A stretch of 63,919 nt of DNA, the filler included, from Octopus bimaculoides (taxonomy: Eukaryota), in the NCBI RefSeq assembly GCF_001194135.2. It is 8 parts of 8 records of this genome, joined end to end, with 100 filler letters (N's around TTAATTAATTAA, not from the genome) between each part and the next. Parts side by side here need not be neighbours in the genome. Positions count along the whole stretch, not along the records: positions 59,603 to 63,919 come from NC_069003.1; 7 more parts are not named here. One strand, given 5' to 3'. This document shows positions 63,367-63,919 of the stretch, piece after piece. Numbering within the stretch: position 1 is the first letter of the stretch; each line of letters opens with the position of its first letter. Below the pieces are notes generated by a model. The model worked only from the letters and a program-made list of their open reading frames with translations, was not told the origin of the DNA and searched no databases. The position numbers and the translations under genes are program-made.

Positions 63367-63919
63367 TAGTGGTCATCCCTTATACACGTGTAATACAATT
63401 TTTTCTGAATTTTCAGATTTTTTATATGCCAGGCCTCTTGGTTTTAGATTGAGTTAATATGCATTTTATCACCCTATCTATATAAATAATTTAAATAGTT
63501 ATGTTCTCCAACCGGCAACATATACTGCAGTGAATTATTCTCTGCAGAATTGTTTCCGGAATTTTGCAGAGTTGTTTCCGGAATATACGCACATATATCC
63601 AATGTAATCGGTAGAACTATATGCAAGTCTTGTTTCATGAAGACAATTTGTGTATAGTTCTGCAAATTATATTGATTCTAGAACGTCTATGCTGATGAGA
63701 ACACGGATGTTGTTACGTAAGTAAAACGTTAATGTTCGAAACTGCAGTCCATAGATAATTCTTTATTCTGTATATTTCTCATTTTGTCCTGTTCTGGCGT
63801 TTTGCGAAATTTTTCTGGAGAACATTATTTTTCTTTGTGGCTGGGTCGTTGATGACCACTTTCTAGCATATTGGATGTCCACCTAGTGGTCATCCCTTAT
63901 ACACGTGTAATACAATTTT
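63367..63919 (+). mobile_element. HHR-containing 517-bp repeat unit (retrozyme-like or Penelope pseudo-LTR), continuing past window end
   Basis: 36-bp sequence TAGTGGTCATCCCTTATACACGTGTAATACAATTTT is identical at 63367-63402 and 63884-63919 (period 517). The unit contains the HHR and extra hairpins and has no recognisable coding. Confidence 0.6.
63680..63762 (+). ncRNA. Type I hammerhead ribozyme, canonical core
   Basis: Stem I TCTATG(63686-91)/CATAGA(63750-55); core CTGATGA(63692-98); stem II GAACA(63699-703)/TGTTC(63733-37); GAAA(63738-41); palindromic stem III ACTGCAGT; GTC triplet with cleavage after 63749; stem I extends through an internal loop (AGAA/TTCT). Confidence 0.88.

Overview
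AT-rich, microsatellite-dense animal genomic DNA from a gapped draft scaffold. The repeat landscape resembles an octopus/cephalopod genome, but that is inference from recalled repeat families, not a search. Nearly all long ORFs in the supplied track are artefacts of N-runs and simple repeats, and no intact host gene can be supported; there are only a few short candidate exons on both strands. The window is mostly decayed mobile DNA: RTE and R4/Dong-like LINE fragments, tRNA-headed SINEs, mariner and maT (DD37D) relics, a hAT MITE, a Merlin-like transposase relic with a related 8-bp-TSD MITE, and an unclassified DDE/CxxH transposase relic. The most notable signal is a set of hammerhead ribozyme (HHR) motifs. 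One is a fully canonical type I HHR (63686-63755) inside what appears to be a 517-bp tandem unit (retrozyme or Penelope pLTR-like). A second is a minimal type I HHR (28290-28333) upstream of a conserved ORF start. Four dispersed HHR-like copies share an atypical CUGUNGA core. Several perfect or near-perfect inverted repeats (21-180 bp arms) are also present.
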